Positions 16,661 through 32,177 of a stretch of 64,000 nucleotides of DNA are shown in pieces. The DNA comes from Chrysomallon squamiferum. Its lineage: Eukaryota > Animalia > Mollusca. Made by a program: the position numbers and the translations under genes. The notes under the pieces were generated by a model, which was given only the letters and a program-made list of their open reading frames with translations, was not told where the DNA came from and made no database searches. The first letter of the stretch is position 1, and every line of letters starts with the position of its first letter. The stretch is taken from NCBI GenBank assembly GCA_012295275.1, contig CM022666.1:8742001-8806000 (forward strand), given 5' to 3'.

Positions 16661-17982
16661 GACTCATTAGTTTTAAATAAAATTATCACAGACGGTTTTT
16701 CATGAATTTTTTTTTTAAATCATCACTTTCATTTTCTTCATGAAATCAACACTTTCAATTTTACGTGAACCAAACTCCCTATTTTTTCATGATAACAACA
16801 CTTTCTGTGATCGTTTTTCGTTTTCTGGAACTAATCAAGCACTAACATTTTCGTAAAACTCATCACTTTAAATTGCCACGAAACGAAACACTCTCTCTCT
16901 TACATTTTACGGCGAAACCAAGCACTTTCTACGTCAAAGAACCCAAAAACAAACGACAACTAAATTTATATACCAGCGCAGCAAATTCAGAGAACGTTCT
17001 AAACACAACGGCATCTAACGAACGGAATAAAAAGCTCTTGTTCCTAAACATTCTCTCTGCTATCAATGTATATTATTGTACAGACTAATTCTGCCGTTCT
17101 TAGGCAATAGAATATGTAACGCGATAAGAAAAGTCGCATTGAAAATTCTAACAATATATTTTGCCGGGCGAGATAATAGTAGTAAATTCTTTTCATGAGA
17201 CTGAATGGTAACATATATAGATTTCTGCTCGCCGACAATGTCGCAGGCGAGGCATGGCCAGAAGAATAGGGCTTCCAGGCGGCACATACGTCCCAGGCAT
17301 TGACCGTCTCATTAAGGTGAATTGCTAGATATGAAATTTAATGAATGCGTCTAGTAAAAAATAGAACTAATAGATGATTAATTGTGCATATAACATTTTT
17401 ACTACAAAGAGAGATGGAAAGAAAGGTTGATGGAGAAAGAGAGAGAGAGAGAAAGAGACTGACATGTAAAGAAAAGGAAAAAGAGAAAGGAACAATACAT
17501 AATAACGAGGCGAAATGATAAGGACTGTCTGGGAATCTATCCCGTTACATAACTGGACAAGCCGGGTATAGAATTGTCCATATCACGGGTGGTCCTAAAG
17601 CCGATTGCAGGTTTTTGTGGAAAGGAACAAGGGGTAAAATAGAAAATTAAGCCGCGGGCAATTCGGAGCCGACTGGTTACCTCAATGGATAGAGTATAAA
17701 TGAAACTGTTACTTGGAAAAACATGTATGTACCTGATGCATTCAGAAACAATTAACAAATACATTTATTATTATTTATTTTTATAATTAATTATTACATT
17801 TTTTTATCTGAAGTTGTCATATCGTGTTGCTGAAACAAAAATTAAAATATCACCTGTTAATTTATTTAAATATTTCTTTCTTTATTTACTTATTCATTAT
17901 TTATGTGTATGCATGTGTGAGTGTGGGGGTGGGGGAGTCTTTTATATATATATATATATTATTTTTTTTTTTTTTTTTTATA

Positions 17983-18036
<54 letters not shown>

Positions 18037-18452
18037 TCAGTTCCTTTTTCCGTTTATTATTAATATATTATTATTAGTATATAATATAGAATAATATTTG
18101 TTTTCTTCATTATTATTATATTATTTTTGTTGTTGTTATTACAATTATCATCATCATCATTATCTAATTAGTTAATTAATATATTTATATTGTTTAATTC
18201 TCCTACATTCATTTACTTACTTAAACTAAACAGATGAAACAAATGAATGCATGCTGTGTTTATTAATAACATGAACAAACGCATAAATAAATGAAAAAGA
18301 AAAAATAAATAAATTATTGCTGGAAACACGTTTCAAACACTGGGACCGCCATGGCGGAAACAATGAGTCGAACGACAACGTAGTCAAGTTCCGCAACATC
18401 GCCGACAATGTCGTCACTAGGCGACAGACGTTAGCTGCAGGAAAAAAATTAT

Positions 18453-18496
<44 letters not shown>

Positions 18497-18539
18497 ATAG
18501 AAGAAGATGAAGAACAACAACAACGACGACAGCAACTAC

Positions 18540-18608
<69 letters not shown>

Positions 18609-19161
18609 ATAAATCAATAAATCAATAAATACAAATATTGAATATCTGATCCTTTTATTAGGCCGATATGTTTTATAAATCAACTTTAATCCTTTTTTTT
18701 GTTTGTTTGTTTGTTTGTTTGTTTGTTTCATTCTTTCTTTCTTTCTTTCTTTTTTTCTTTTTTTCTTTTTTAAAATAATTTTTCTTCAAAATCGATCTCT
18801 TAGATAACGCGTTTTCCAATTCCTGTTTTTGAGTACACATTTGGAAAAAAAAAAAAAAAATTTAAAAATTAAAAACATTTTTGACAGATAGAAAAAAAGA
18901 TGTCATTTTCAAGAGACGGCAAGCGGTCATGTCAGTTTCCAAAATGTGTCACTTTCATCAATAATGTCTGTTTCTCCACTCAAGTGTCATAAAGAGATGA
19001 CAACATACCGAGTGAGAAAGGGAAGGATGATGGGAGAGAGAGTAGGGGAGAGACAGAAGAAAGAAAGACAGAGTGAAAGAGACAAGAGAGAGAGAATACA
19101 TGAATACAGAGAAAAAAGTGCTAAAAAAGAAAGGAATGGAGAAAGAATGAGCAACTGGGGG

Positions 19162-19166
<5 letters not shown>

Positions 19167-19248
<82 letters not shown>
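19167..19248. repeat. (AG)n microsatellite
   Basis: Directly visible. Confidence 0.95.
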
Positions 19249-19251
<3 letters not shown>

Positions 19252-19934
19252 AGGAATGTAAATATAACGACGTATGTTTTGCGTCTCTGTTAACATCGTC
19301 TTTCGTTCGATACATTTCTCTTTGTTATGTAAATTCTCACTTTATTTATTTTGAAAGAAAATCATCTAACAGCCAAGCTGCAGCGGTAACATCTGTATGA
19401 AGCTGCAGCCAACGTCTGTGTCGTCGATAACTGTGGCAAATATCTGTATGAATCATGTACATAAGAAACGGGAAGTGTGAAAAATATAGGAAAATAAAAT
19501 TAGTGAAAGAAAGAATAACGTGGGGTTTTTTTTTTGTTCGCTTCACAAAAAGCTATAATAAACAAAATGAAGATAAAATAATAAATTTAAAAAATAAATA
19601 TAATGCGGTGACATTAAATATTTTTATCTCTTACAAAATAATTATTTTAATAAAAACAAGAACAACAATAATAATAATAATAACTATAATAATAATAATA
19701 ATAATAATATTTGCATATATTCATTAATTTTAAAATCTACAAGTCCATGACGTCACTTGAGTATATCCGATTATATGATAAATTTACAAGTTCAGTTTTA
19801 TTTTAATTATTTAAAATATGCACGCAGTGATAAAACACCAGTCAGTGCAGTGTAAATGCAATTTGATACTTCAGAATAAATAAATAAATAAATAAATAAA
19901 CTAGAAAGCAAAACAAAACAAACAAATAAATAAA

Positions 19935-19972
<38 letters not shown>

Positions 19973-21212
19973 TAAATAAATAAATAAATAAATAAATGCA
20001 TGTCTTAATTAAAATAAAATAAAAATGTCGGTTTGCAATAATTTACTCATTTGCTTTAAGAATGATAGATTTCAGGATCAAGTCTAGCTAACCGCTTTTA
20101 TCCAGATCTAACTCGCGAAATACGTGACCATAATAATCCCTTCTTATCTTTCAGACTAATCTTCTTACACTAACACTGTTAGATAACCCAGGTCCCAGAA
20201 AAGGCATACTTGAACATCCTACACGTTTCATATGGTTCAGTTCTAGCCAAACATGCATCTTAGATAAATCATCCACATTAATTAATTGTGTGTTACTTTC
20301 TAACTTGAATCTTCAGCTATGGTCCAGGACATATATTCTTGAACCCACAGACCACCCACATACACAACACACACATACATTCATACACATATACATTTAA
20401 TAATAATATGGCTAAGTTCTTGTTATCGGTTATTCAAATGATTTCATCATAAAAAAAAGTCCTAAATCTGATAGAAATCCATGAGGATCGTGCTTGAATC
20501 ATTAGATTATCTATATGTTATTGTATACATTCGGTAACCATTATGCTCAGAGATAACAGTATTTTCAGTAAGAAAAAAAAATAGCAGAGAGCAGCAATCA
20601 ACTGTTATACTACAAAGCAAATCTACGTAGAAAACTCGTGGGAATTCTGAAGATAAAATTCCCACAAATTTCATTCATAAAACAGAAGAAAAAAAGAAAT
20701 CTGTTTCCATTGAGATGCCTTGAGAACAACCGTTCATTTTCAAAGAAAGAAAATAAAAGATTCTAAAAAATCCACAAAAGTAATATTTCTACAGAAATAA
20801 GAAAACTCCTGAATGTTCAGTTCTCTGGTTTCGAACCCGTATTCATCAAGTATAATATGGAGATATATTCTTTTGATGTGGCGTTATCGTTCAAAGGCGA
20901 GTTAGATTTCAGCTTGACTTAAGTATAGACATTAAAAACGCATTGACAATATAGTATTTACTTTATCATGTTTATGTGTAGATTTTATCGACAGAAGAAA
21001 TCTTGTTTGTTTCTACAAGATCTGATTCGCGAATAATGTGCTTGAGAGATAAAAAAGATAAATTGCCTCTTTGAATAAGACAATGAATTAAAAACACATG
21101 CGTACACAAAAAAAACACTGTGTTAGAGTTAGTGAGATAGAGACAAGCAGCGTAAGACAGAGAAACACTGAGATGGAGAAGTGAGAAAAGACAAGATATC
21201 AGGACACAGAGG

Positions 21213-21372
<160 letters not shown>

Positions 21373-21636
21373 TTATACACGCTCAGTGGGGATAACACTG
21401 ACAGACAGACAATTAACAGTGTATCTTTCAATTATTCTGCTTTCTTCAAAAACTTGGAAACAAACGTATTTAATTTTTGGTATCACAGATATAAGTATAA
21501 CTTGGTTTGACAGAAAATAACACCAAACATTTATTATTATTATTATTATATACATTATTATTATTATTATTTTATAATCATTCATCATTTTAAAGACAGG
21601 AGAAGTTGAAAAATGAAACACAAAAAAGATTACCAA

Positions 21637-21672
<36 letters not shown>

Positions 21673-22956
21673 AAAAGAAAGAAAGAAAAAGAAAGAACGA
21701 AAGAACGAAAGAAAAAGAAAAAAGAACGAAGCAAATTAAAAGAAGAAGAAATGACAGGCCTGTCACCCCTGAAGCAACAATTTTCTGTTTTAAAGGGAAT
21801 CACTCGAGTTTGGTTCAAATCATGACGACCACCCCAGTCCCACGATTCTAACTCATTTGCCACCATTGTCCACAATCAATTGTTTGCTGTGCCCCACGCT
21901 GTTCAAGAGGTCCGCCAATCGACGCAAGTTTTCTGATTAGAGACCATTCATAGTCAAATCGGCTCGGTCCACGGGAATCCCCGCAAAGAGCAGCGAAGAG
22001 AGAAAGAGAGGTGAAGCCAAATGGATTTGGGTCTGGTTTGAGTACTTCGAGTTTTGAGTGCTGTGAGATTTGACTAGATTGAGTTCTGAGTAGACTGAGA
22101 TTTGAGTTGTATCAGATTTGAATAGTTTCAGCGTTGACTAATTTCAGATTTCATTTGTTTCAAATTTGGGTAATCAGAGATTTGAACAATTTAAAAATTG
22201 AGTGTCTATATTTTTCGCTGTTTTGTAAGTGTAACGTTTTATGTGTGTTAAGTATTGTTTTTTGTTGTTGCTGTTTTCTTTTCTTTCTTTTTTCTTTTTA
22301 ATTTTTTAAAATTATTATATTACATGAAATCCTAATTGACTCCAATGTGTGACTTGACAGAACTGTGTTGCATGTGAGTATGGACGTTGGTGCCTGTTAT
22401 TGTAATTGGTTGTATGTTAATCCATACACATCTACGAGTAGGTATGTTTGCTTGTGAATATATACAAATGTATATATGTATACAGTTATGCAAATGAATG
22501 TGCAAATGTGCATATTTGTGTGTGTATGTGTGTGTGTGTAGGTGTGTGTATAATGACACAGACAAAGCTTTCTCCTGCATCTGTTGGTAATAATTCAAAA
22601 CATAAGAATTACTGAACCAGCCTATTCTTTTTATTGTAACGTCTACTTAGTTAATTAATATACAGTTAATTAAAGTAATAACGTACTTACCTAAGAGGCA
22701 GGTTTTCTTACAGTCATTTCGTAAATATCCGATAAAAACAACTGAAATAGAAGAAAAAATAATCATAATAATGAACATGAGTAGAGTCGTACACCAAAAT
22801 GAAAAATATGTAAAATTCAGAAATTGTTGCTGATGATGTTGTTGTTGCACTGGTCGAAGAGGTATTCGTAGCTGTAGTAACACTGAATGGAGCAGTAGTG
22901 GCAGCTGCAATAATAATTATGTTCTGCTAGAAGTAAACGTTGTGATAATAGTGAAT

Positions 22957-23188
22957 GTAGTAGTAGTAGTAGTAGTAATAGTAGTGGCGGAGGTAGTGGT
23001 CTTAGTAGTGCTTGTGTTAGTAGTTGTGGTAGTAGTAGTGGTTGTAGTAATGGTAGTACTAGTGGTAGTAGTAGTGATAGTAGCAATGGCAGTAGCAGTG
23101 GTAGGAGTAGTATTGGTGGTGATCGTAGTAGTAGTAAGAGTTGAAGTAATAGTTATAGTAGTAGTAGTAGTAGCAGCAGTAATGGTGT
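22957..23188. repeat. Degenerate (GTA)n microsatellite
   Basis: Directly visible. Confidence 0.85.
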
Positions 23189-25515
23189 AATACCAGCACA
23201 CACAGTGCATGAAGAAATTAAATTATAAAAACACTCATCGTTATTTACGTTTTTCACATTAGTTAGATTAGACGTAAGCACGACTGCAGTGGACAGTATG
23301 TCACTATTACTGTTAATAATGTTATATAACGTAAAAGATTTCTCAGAATTTTAATATCATTGAAACCAAGCAGTTCCAAACTATTTCATGTGGAAAGGGA
23401 ATCTCAAGATTCCATTCGTTTTAATACGGCGATCATCGGCAGAATATTACGTCATCAGTAAACATGACGTTTACGTCACGTCGTAGATTAGTCGCTATCA
23501 CGTCTTGTAATTCGTTTATCTTAAACGGGCGGCTTAAAAGCGAGAAGTTGACCAAACTTTGTGAAACAAAGCAGTGTTATCAGCGCGCACGTTCCGTTGT
23601 TATGAGAAGACGAAAACACCCCGATAAAATGTCGTCGTCGTCGCCGATTGCTACCCGTATCAAAAACGAAAGCGATATCACCCGCGTAAGAAACTGGCGC
23701 TATTTTACGTCAAACATCACGAGCGCAATCTAGCTGCGAAATGTTTGGTATATCACGGAAACAGGTGCTGCGGCGGTATCTTTTTAAAATTTACTTGGAC
23801 GTTTTCAGATCCTGATAAAGTATTTTCCAATCAGCGACGTGAAATTTTCGAGACATTTTTATCAACGTTTCTAGGTGACGAATACCGTGAAAACTGCTTT
23901 CCTTTTATTTTTTTCTTCTTTTTTACTGATATATTCAGGTAGATGATAAGTATGTAAATAAATGAAAGAATGTAAATATTAAAATATTTATTTTAATTTA
24001 TGTAAAAAGTATATTAATGATACCTAGACGTTAGAGTAACTTGATGTGTACTGCTGATTTGAGCTGGGAAATAACTGAGACGTTCCACTGAAAACAATTG
24101 ATCCTGTGACCAGAAGAACAAAACTGAATGAAAATTAATGTCAGAGAGAAAAAAGAATGGAAAGAAACAGAGTGAGAAAAAAAAAGAGATAAATAATGAA
24201 TGAATGAATAAAAGGAAGAAAAAATGAGTAGATTCTAATAAAAGTGAAAAAAAAAAAAGTATAGAGAAATTCCAACGATAAGCAATGTCGATAATTTATG
24301 TAGTCGAGGTAGTAATTCTAGTAGTGGTGGTAGTAGTAGTAGTATAATAACCGCAGTAATATTAGAAATAGCAGTAGTAGTTATTGTTACTGCAATATGA
24401 CAAAAATAAACTTGAATAATTTCAAATACAACCGAATTTAATCAAGTTTTCTTCTACTTATCTTCTCGATTTCCTTCGACATTATTTTATCTTTCCCATT
24501 ATTTTACATCTCATATTATTTATTAAGGCCCTCGATGACCCTGGGTCTCTAGGTCCGTGTCAATCTAAAGCTTTTTGCTCAAATTAAACTGACCACATTA
24601 CAAGGACAAATAAAACAAACAAAAGAAGAAACCCGTACTCCTGTCTCTATGGGCGTGCTCGCTTATTAACTTCCTAACATAAACGCCATGTTTGATTTTG
24701 CTTATAACCGGTGAAAAAAAGTCGTACGCGGAACCTTTAAACAAACACGGGCAAGCAACGCGAATGTTTGACCAGACGCAAAAAACAAATATCTAAAATG
24801 TTCAGTGGGCATGACGCAATGAAGAGAAAATAATAATTCGAGATTTAAACGTGATTTTCGGAACAGACACAACAATAAGAGAAAAATAAAAGAAAACACG
24901 AGTCCAGGCTTCTAGCCGCCATTAAGATCTGACACCCGGATAGGATGTGTTATCGTGACTCGGGTTTTTTCGTGTACACTGGCGTATTTAACAAATTACT
25001 TGCCTTCAACTTAATTGGCTTCGACATTTTTTTTTTCCCCGCCCTGGTATTTAATGCAACGTTTCCGTACAAGATAAAACTATATTATTATTTAATTTCT
25101 TATTTCATTTTTTTTTTTTTTTTACTCCGTGTAATTGCGATATTAATATCGGAACGGTATTGGGTCGCCTAAAAAGCGACTTAGATCAATATCCATTTTT
25201 CTCTTAATGACGATTAGGGTGGGATGAGTGAGATGACACGTGGAGCACTGGGGGGGGTTAATCGGTGGCTATCAGTTCTGACGTTAAGTCTACAGGTATT
25301 GGGGGAGATTTCACTGGCGTCGGCGGAATTCGCAGTATAAATCTTTTATTAAAAAACCATTACATAATTAAATTTCTTCTTCTCGTTTTTTGCCTGGTTT
25401 AATAGTCATTCGCTTTGTTTATTAGAAATTGCTCGTTTCATAATTTCTGGATGTTTCTTGGTTACACATTTATATAATCTTCGTTTCTGTCATAATGTTG
25501 GTGTTGCTTTTCATA

Positions 25516-25574
<59 letters not shown>

Positions 25575-25734
25575 GTGAGTTTTTTTTTGGTTTGTTTTGT
25601 AGTTATTGTTGCTGTTGTTGATGTTGCTGCTGTTATTTTTGCTGTTGGGTTTTCGTTGTTTTATGTTGTTTCTCTTTTTTTATGTGATTCATTATTTATT
25701 TAAATTTCATTTCATTTTATTATTATTTAATTTA

Positions 25735-25779
<45 letters not shown>

Positions 25780-26775
25780 TTTTTATTTATTTATTTATTT
25801 ATTTTTAATCATTTTTTTACATAATTATCTCAAGTCGATATTATTATCATTAATATATTAATGACGTCACTGTCATATGGCGTCACGATCACTCTTTTAG
25901 AACAGCTCTTTCTATAATCATAACTGCATTAATTAATACCTAATTAATGAAACAATAAAACATCCATTTTAATTTTTTGTTTATTTAACCTCTTGTCCGG
26001 TGTAAAAACACATGACATAAAAAAGAAAAGAAGAAAAAAGATCTACTCGCTCTATGTTTACTTATGGAACTAGCGTCACATTTTTGTGGCATTTACTGAA
26101 GACGGCTTAAAACAACAAACGGAAAATCAGTTTATTTACCACTCGCTAATGACTGGCAAACAAGCACGCGTGTCCTGGGTACCGAGGGAAAGCTTCAGTC
26201 AACACGACGCCAGCTGTACCAATGCTTCTGTACAAAGACTCTGACTTACAGCAGTTGTTTCAACCATTGTTCCAGATCTGAGTGTTTGTTTTTAGCGACA
26301 AAACCTCACTTCTGAACACAGCGGACGTAATTGCCATGTAGATAATTTCGACGCTTCTCAGAAGCCAAGATTATGTATTAAGTGGAGAAAAACAAGTGGT
26401 ATTCGGTTACTTTTTATTTATTTTTTGTCTTTAGTTTCTTTATATCTGAACATGGTAGCTAAACAGTTTGGATGACGTAATTCAAACCTGTGGCGATACA
26501 TTCACCGCGGTGCTCTTCAGAATGTGGCGGAATTTAAGACAAAGAAGCTATCGCGTGCCAACAAGTTGTCTACATGTCGCACACGCTTTTATCACCATGT
26601 GACAACACGTTGTTATGGCAAAAGGCAACTGTGAAGAGCAATGTAAATACAAACAGTGTCATAAACATACTTTTCATGTCTTAGAACGTAAATTTCGAAG
26701 TCAAATGATGCGCATGATCAGCATTGGGAACAAACAGAGGTTCAAACGAGATACTATCACAAAACTTTTGCTTGC

Positions 26776-26899
26776 ACGCACGCACACACACACACACATA
26801 CACACACACACACACACACACATACACATACACACACACACATACATACACATACACATACACACCCACACCCACACCCACACACACACACTCACACAC
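26776..26899. repeat. Interrupted (CA)n microsatellite
   Basis: Directly visible. Confidence 0.9.
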
Positions 26900-28508
26900 G
26901 TACTGACTCAGGCAACTGGACATAAGTTCATATTTACACTCATACAATAATACACAAATGAAATTGAAAGCGATTCATTTTACGTTTGAGATTTCTTTTC
27001 CGTACACACGTACCCATCTACCTCCAAACACACCTACGTAAATACGTTCATTCGAGAGAATTACACACGTTTACACGCAGAAACACACACGTCCGCCTAA
27101 CACCTCTCCATATATACCTACTCACACATCCCCCCCCGAAAACAAACATTTACGACTCCCCCCACACGAATATTTACGACACCCCTCGCACAGGTAGATG
27201 ATGTCATTCGCTTCAGCTGAACACGTGGATGACGCCGCGTTTTTTACACCTGTGGGTAAATCTACGTGAAAAATCTATTTGATCAGAAATATATTACACT
27301 TTGAAACATACTCGACTCGCATAAACTGGCGAGCGAGAAAATGACACGCCATGCGCGCGAACCTAATAGTCCTCTAACTCGAACTGCGTGACTCCGCGCT
27401 GCCAAATAAAAGACTTCAACCTATTTAACTTTATATGAGACAGAAAGAAAGAGAGAGAGAGAAAAAAAACAGATAAAGAAGAAAATGAGATAAGAGAAAT
27501 GGAGTAAAGTCGTAAAAAGAAGAGAGAGAATGATTTGACTTGTTCAGGTGGTAGATACCGTGAAAAACTTTTTAAATAGGGAACTGGCGAGATTTGAACA
27601 CGAAACTCCCTACGCGTGATTTGAAAATGTGTGTGATGCATGTTCGTGTGTTTGCGTGGTGTGTGAATGTGCGTTTATGTCTGAAAGATAAATGTCTGTA
27701 CCTACAGACGCAGTATCAGTGTTTTTAATATGTTTGAATATGAACAAAATTTTCAGAACTCATTAATGTCGATGGCGAATAAGTCCTCTGCTATGCAAAG
27801 TAAGTAACTTATTAAATAAAGTTTGTTTTATGAAATATTTTAATGAATATCACCGCACACGTCTAGTACGTGTTCTAAACATTTTCAAAACTTGGTTGAT
27901 ATTTTTGTCCATGAGACATCAAACTTTTTCAGTGTTTCAGGTGAAGCGTGGCACCCTCAAGGTTGGGAATCACTGGTCTGTCTGACTGTCTGTCTGTCTA
28001 TATGTATATGTGTATCTCTTTGTCAGTCTGTGTGTCTGTCTATCTATCTATGTAGCTAGCTGTCTGTCTCTATTCATCTCTATCTATATCTGTCTATCTA
28101 TCTATCAATTATCTATCTAAATCAGTGTATTTGTTAACCTGTCTGTATATGTGAAGCAAGCTTATTATGTATATATGCATATATGTTCGCGTAAACAAAT
28201 GTATGTATATATGTATATATGTATGTATGTATATGTAGTTGTTTATGTGAAAGTGTGCATATATATTCTGTATCTCTGTGCAGGTTCTGTGAGCAGTGCT
28301 GAATGCAGAATTAGATATATTGCAGAGATTAGTGTGTTTATGTGTGTCTGCTTGTTTTATCCTACGAAAAAAACACACACGAAGCTATCACTTACACATT
28401 AATAATCAGACCTACTGTGTGGGTACTTACGTAATTAACTATCTATCTATCTGTCAGTCTGTCTGTCTGTCTATATATAAACACACACACACAAACAGAC
28501 ACGAGCAC

Positions 28509-28512
<4 letters not shown>

Positions 28513-28590
<78 letters not shown>
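28513..28590. repeat. (AG)n microsatellite
   Basis: Directly visible. Confidence 0.95.
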
Positions 28591-28594
<4 letters not shown>

Positions 28595-28979
28595 GAAGAG
28601 AATAAAATTATGGATGTTCGTAAAATTTAAAATTAAATTCTCTTAGAAAGCAAAAAGAATTTAGAAGACTAAAATGGAAACGTCAATAAAAAAAAGAGTA
28701 AATAAATAATAATAATAATAACAATAATAATAACAAATAAATAAACACTGATACTAGCAGTTACATTTAACGACATTTATCTTTTTTATTCGTTATGTAG
28801 TGCAGGTATATGGCGTGTATGAAGACGTAACATTAACGTAGTGTTTATCTCAGTGTAATGATAAATTACTAATAATCTCCAGATCTACAGATGACAAGTA
28901 CTGAAGATGTACGAATCTTAAATTTGTGTTACGTCTTAACATCTCTGTACACAATTAAGAAAAAAACTTGAAGAGTTTG

Positions 28980-28981
<2 letters not shown>

Positions 28982-29064
<83 letters not shown>
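28982..29064. repeat. (CT)n microsatellite
   Basis: Directly visible. Confidence 0.95.
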
Positions 29065-29072
<8 letters not shown>

Positions 29073-31234
29073 TTTTTCTCTTATTTTTACTATTTCTCTC
29101 TGTCTCTCTCTCTCGCCAGCATTCTCATATCCACAAACTCATAACCCAGTCTGAAATTTACGACCCAACTTTTAGACGATATTAATATTCCAGTGTTAAC
29201 ACTACAGGCGCAGCGTGTCGATCTGTTGTCTTGTTTTCGAGCAGTTTTCAATCGAGGAACGTTCGAATCATCATAAAAAGTCGTCCGCTCGCTCCGAGGC
29301 TAATATCATCAAGCAGACGCATTCGCCAATCTCCATTTCCCTGTCGCCGTTCCGCCATTTCTAATAGGACGATGATTCCCGCCAAAATGACGTATGGCCG
29401 ATATAAACAAACCGGTAATGGGACAGTAATTCTTCGGAAACATACAACCATCGGCACTTTGTGACCTCGTGTCACGCGCGTTTGCTCTCAGTGCCCTGTG
29501 GGTCTCTCCTCGTGTCTGATTAATTGCAGACGATACGCTATTAACAAAACGGAACGGCAAGATACACACGCAATGAGTTTGTGTACAATTTGTTGTCGTT
29601 ATTTTTCCTTCTTCTTCTTCTTCTTTTTTTTTCTTTTTTTTTTCATATTGCTGCTTTTACAAGAATGTATGGCTCTTGACGACTGCTCTTTTTGACCTTT
29701 GACCTCATCAAGAAACAGACGTCCCAGCGTCATTTGTTAAGGCACTGTTACTTAGAAACAGTCACTGATCTACGATGCCATTTCTCGAATGTTTTTTAAA
29801 TTATTTTTTTGATGAGTAAATCGCAGATGAGTCAAAGAATTATATTATTTTTGTTTATTGTTTGTTCTTTTTTTTTTTCTTTTTTTCTTTTTTCTTTTGT
29901 TTTCTTTTTTTCTTTTAATTTCGTTTAGTTATAATGTTTTTTTTATTTATTTTTTATTTTAAATTTCAATTACTTTTTTCTTTCTTTACTTTCATTTTAT
30001 ATTTTTATTTCAGTTGTATTTTATTTTATTTTATTTTATTTTTTGTTTGTTTAAAATAATATTTCCTTTCGCAATGTTTTTTTTTTATTACGTAATGCTC
30101 TTGTTATTTTATTTTAAATGTTTTGTGAGTTACTTTAATAATCATCTTTCTTATTTTCCAGCTTTTTTAACAATTAAATACGAGATTCATATTACTTATT
30201 TATCTATTAATGCTTTAGGGAAGGGATATACACACTCTCTCACACACACACACACACACAAACACATACGCAGATACACACACACGAACACTCACGAAAT
30301 AATAATAATTGTAGCAATACCAGTGGTAGTAATGGAAATGATAAAGGTACTTGTAGTAGTGGCAGAAGTACTAGTAGTAGTAGTGGTAGTAGTATCGCAA
30401 CAGCAGCATAATAGTAGTGACGATTATGATAAGATTAATAAGGATTATAACAACAACAACAACAGCAACAGCACCAATCATAATAATAATAAGAAGAAGA
30501 AGAAGAAGAAGAAGAAAAACATCAACACTAACAATAATAATAATAATAAAACCAATAATATCAACAACAAGATGAGTAACAACAAAAACAATATCACGAA
30601 CTTGAACCCAAAAAAAGAAAACGCAATCATACACTGCCCCCCCCCCCCGTCTCGCTGATTACCCATTCTGGTGGAAACTTGGCGGTATACAATTGCTCTG
30701 CGTCCTTTTCGCATGACGGGGCGCTTTGAAACGAAATATCGCGACTGATAATACATGAAATATTTAAAAGATAAACTCGCGCTTGGGCAGGCACCCGGAT
30801 CACTGGCTAGAAGACTCGAGCGCGTCATAAATCAACTTTTTTTCATCCTGACACCCGATAGCCCAGATGTGTTCTCAAAAAAATATATTTAAAAAATAAA
30901 AATATATAAAAAAAAATATTTATTAAATAGTCATTTCATAAAAATGGGATTCATAAATTAATGTAGAACGGGACACGCAAAGACAGCCAGGTTTCGTAAA
31001 CAAGTGACGATAAAGTTCCACTTTAAAAGTAATCTCTGTGTGTCAGCCGCGCGAGAAACTCTTTTATCATGATAATACAGTGCGACGGTTTTTTAAAATG
31101 ACGTTTTCGCGGCAGTCGTTCTGTCGTCACGATTTGATGTTCATTAACAGGATGTTTGTACGAAAAAAAAATTAACGATTTGCTTGGTTAAAATCTGCGT
31201 AGGTGTGCGAATATGTATATGTAAGTGTGGATGA

Positions 31235-31275
<41 letters not shown>

Positions 31276-31860
31276 TATGTGTGTGTGTGTTTATATGTAA
31301 GTGTGTGTGTGTGTTTGTGTATTATTTGTTGATGTTTTGGAAGTTTTTTGTGTGGATATGTATGGTTCTGTATTTACATAATAAGTAATCTCATTCTCCT
31401 GTCTGTCTGTCTGCCTGTCTGTCTGTCCGCCTGTCTCTTTCTCTCTCTCCCTCTCTCTCTTTCTGTCTATCTGTCTCTTTCTCTCACTCTGTCTCTCCCT
31501 CTCTCTTCTCTCACTCTCTTTGTCTCTCTGTCTGTCTGTGCCTGAGTCCCCCACGACCGCTCATCTGTCAGCCTGTCAGTAACACACGTGTTAATTACAC
31601 ACATTACACATGCTCTGTAATTTATGTTTATGTATGTAAATGATATCTTCGAGTGAGGCTGTAAGAACAATGTCATTGTGTAATATAGATAATCGTTCTA
31701 CATATCTACCTACATTTCCCTCCTCACAGTCTTCTGCTACAAACAGCACGTACCAACAAACACACAGACACACTGCATCTGTACGTACATATATTTTTAT
31801 ATATATATATAATGGGGAGATACACGCGTTTAAACAGTCACGCAGACACACACACATATT

Positions 31861-31913
<53 letters not shown>

Positions 31914-32140
31914 ATACATAAACACATTTACACTCACACGCACACACACAGATGTATATAACACAGAGATATATATACATATTTACACACGCACAAATGT
32001 ATATATAATGAAGAGATGCACACATCTGTGTACATAAATGTATGTATAGATAGAAATATATAATTATAATATAGACACAAACACATACACACTTACATAC
32101 AAGTCCATATAATATAGACATATACACACACACTCACATG

Positions 32141-32177
<37 letters not shown>

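Noticed and set aside
16477-16689. ORF with 8-aa periodicity (EFTKTENV)
   Set aside because: Explained by the 24-bp minisatellite; no proper start context or family resemblance.
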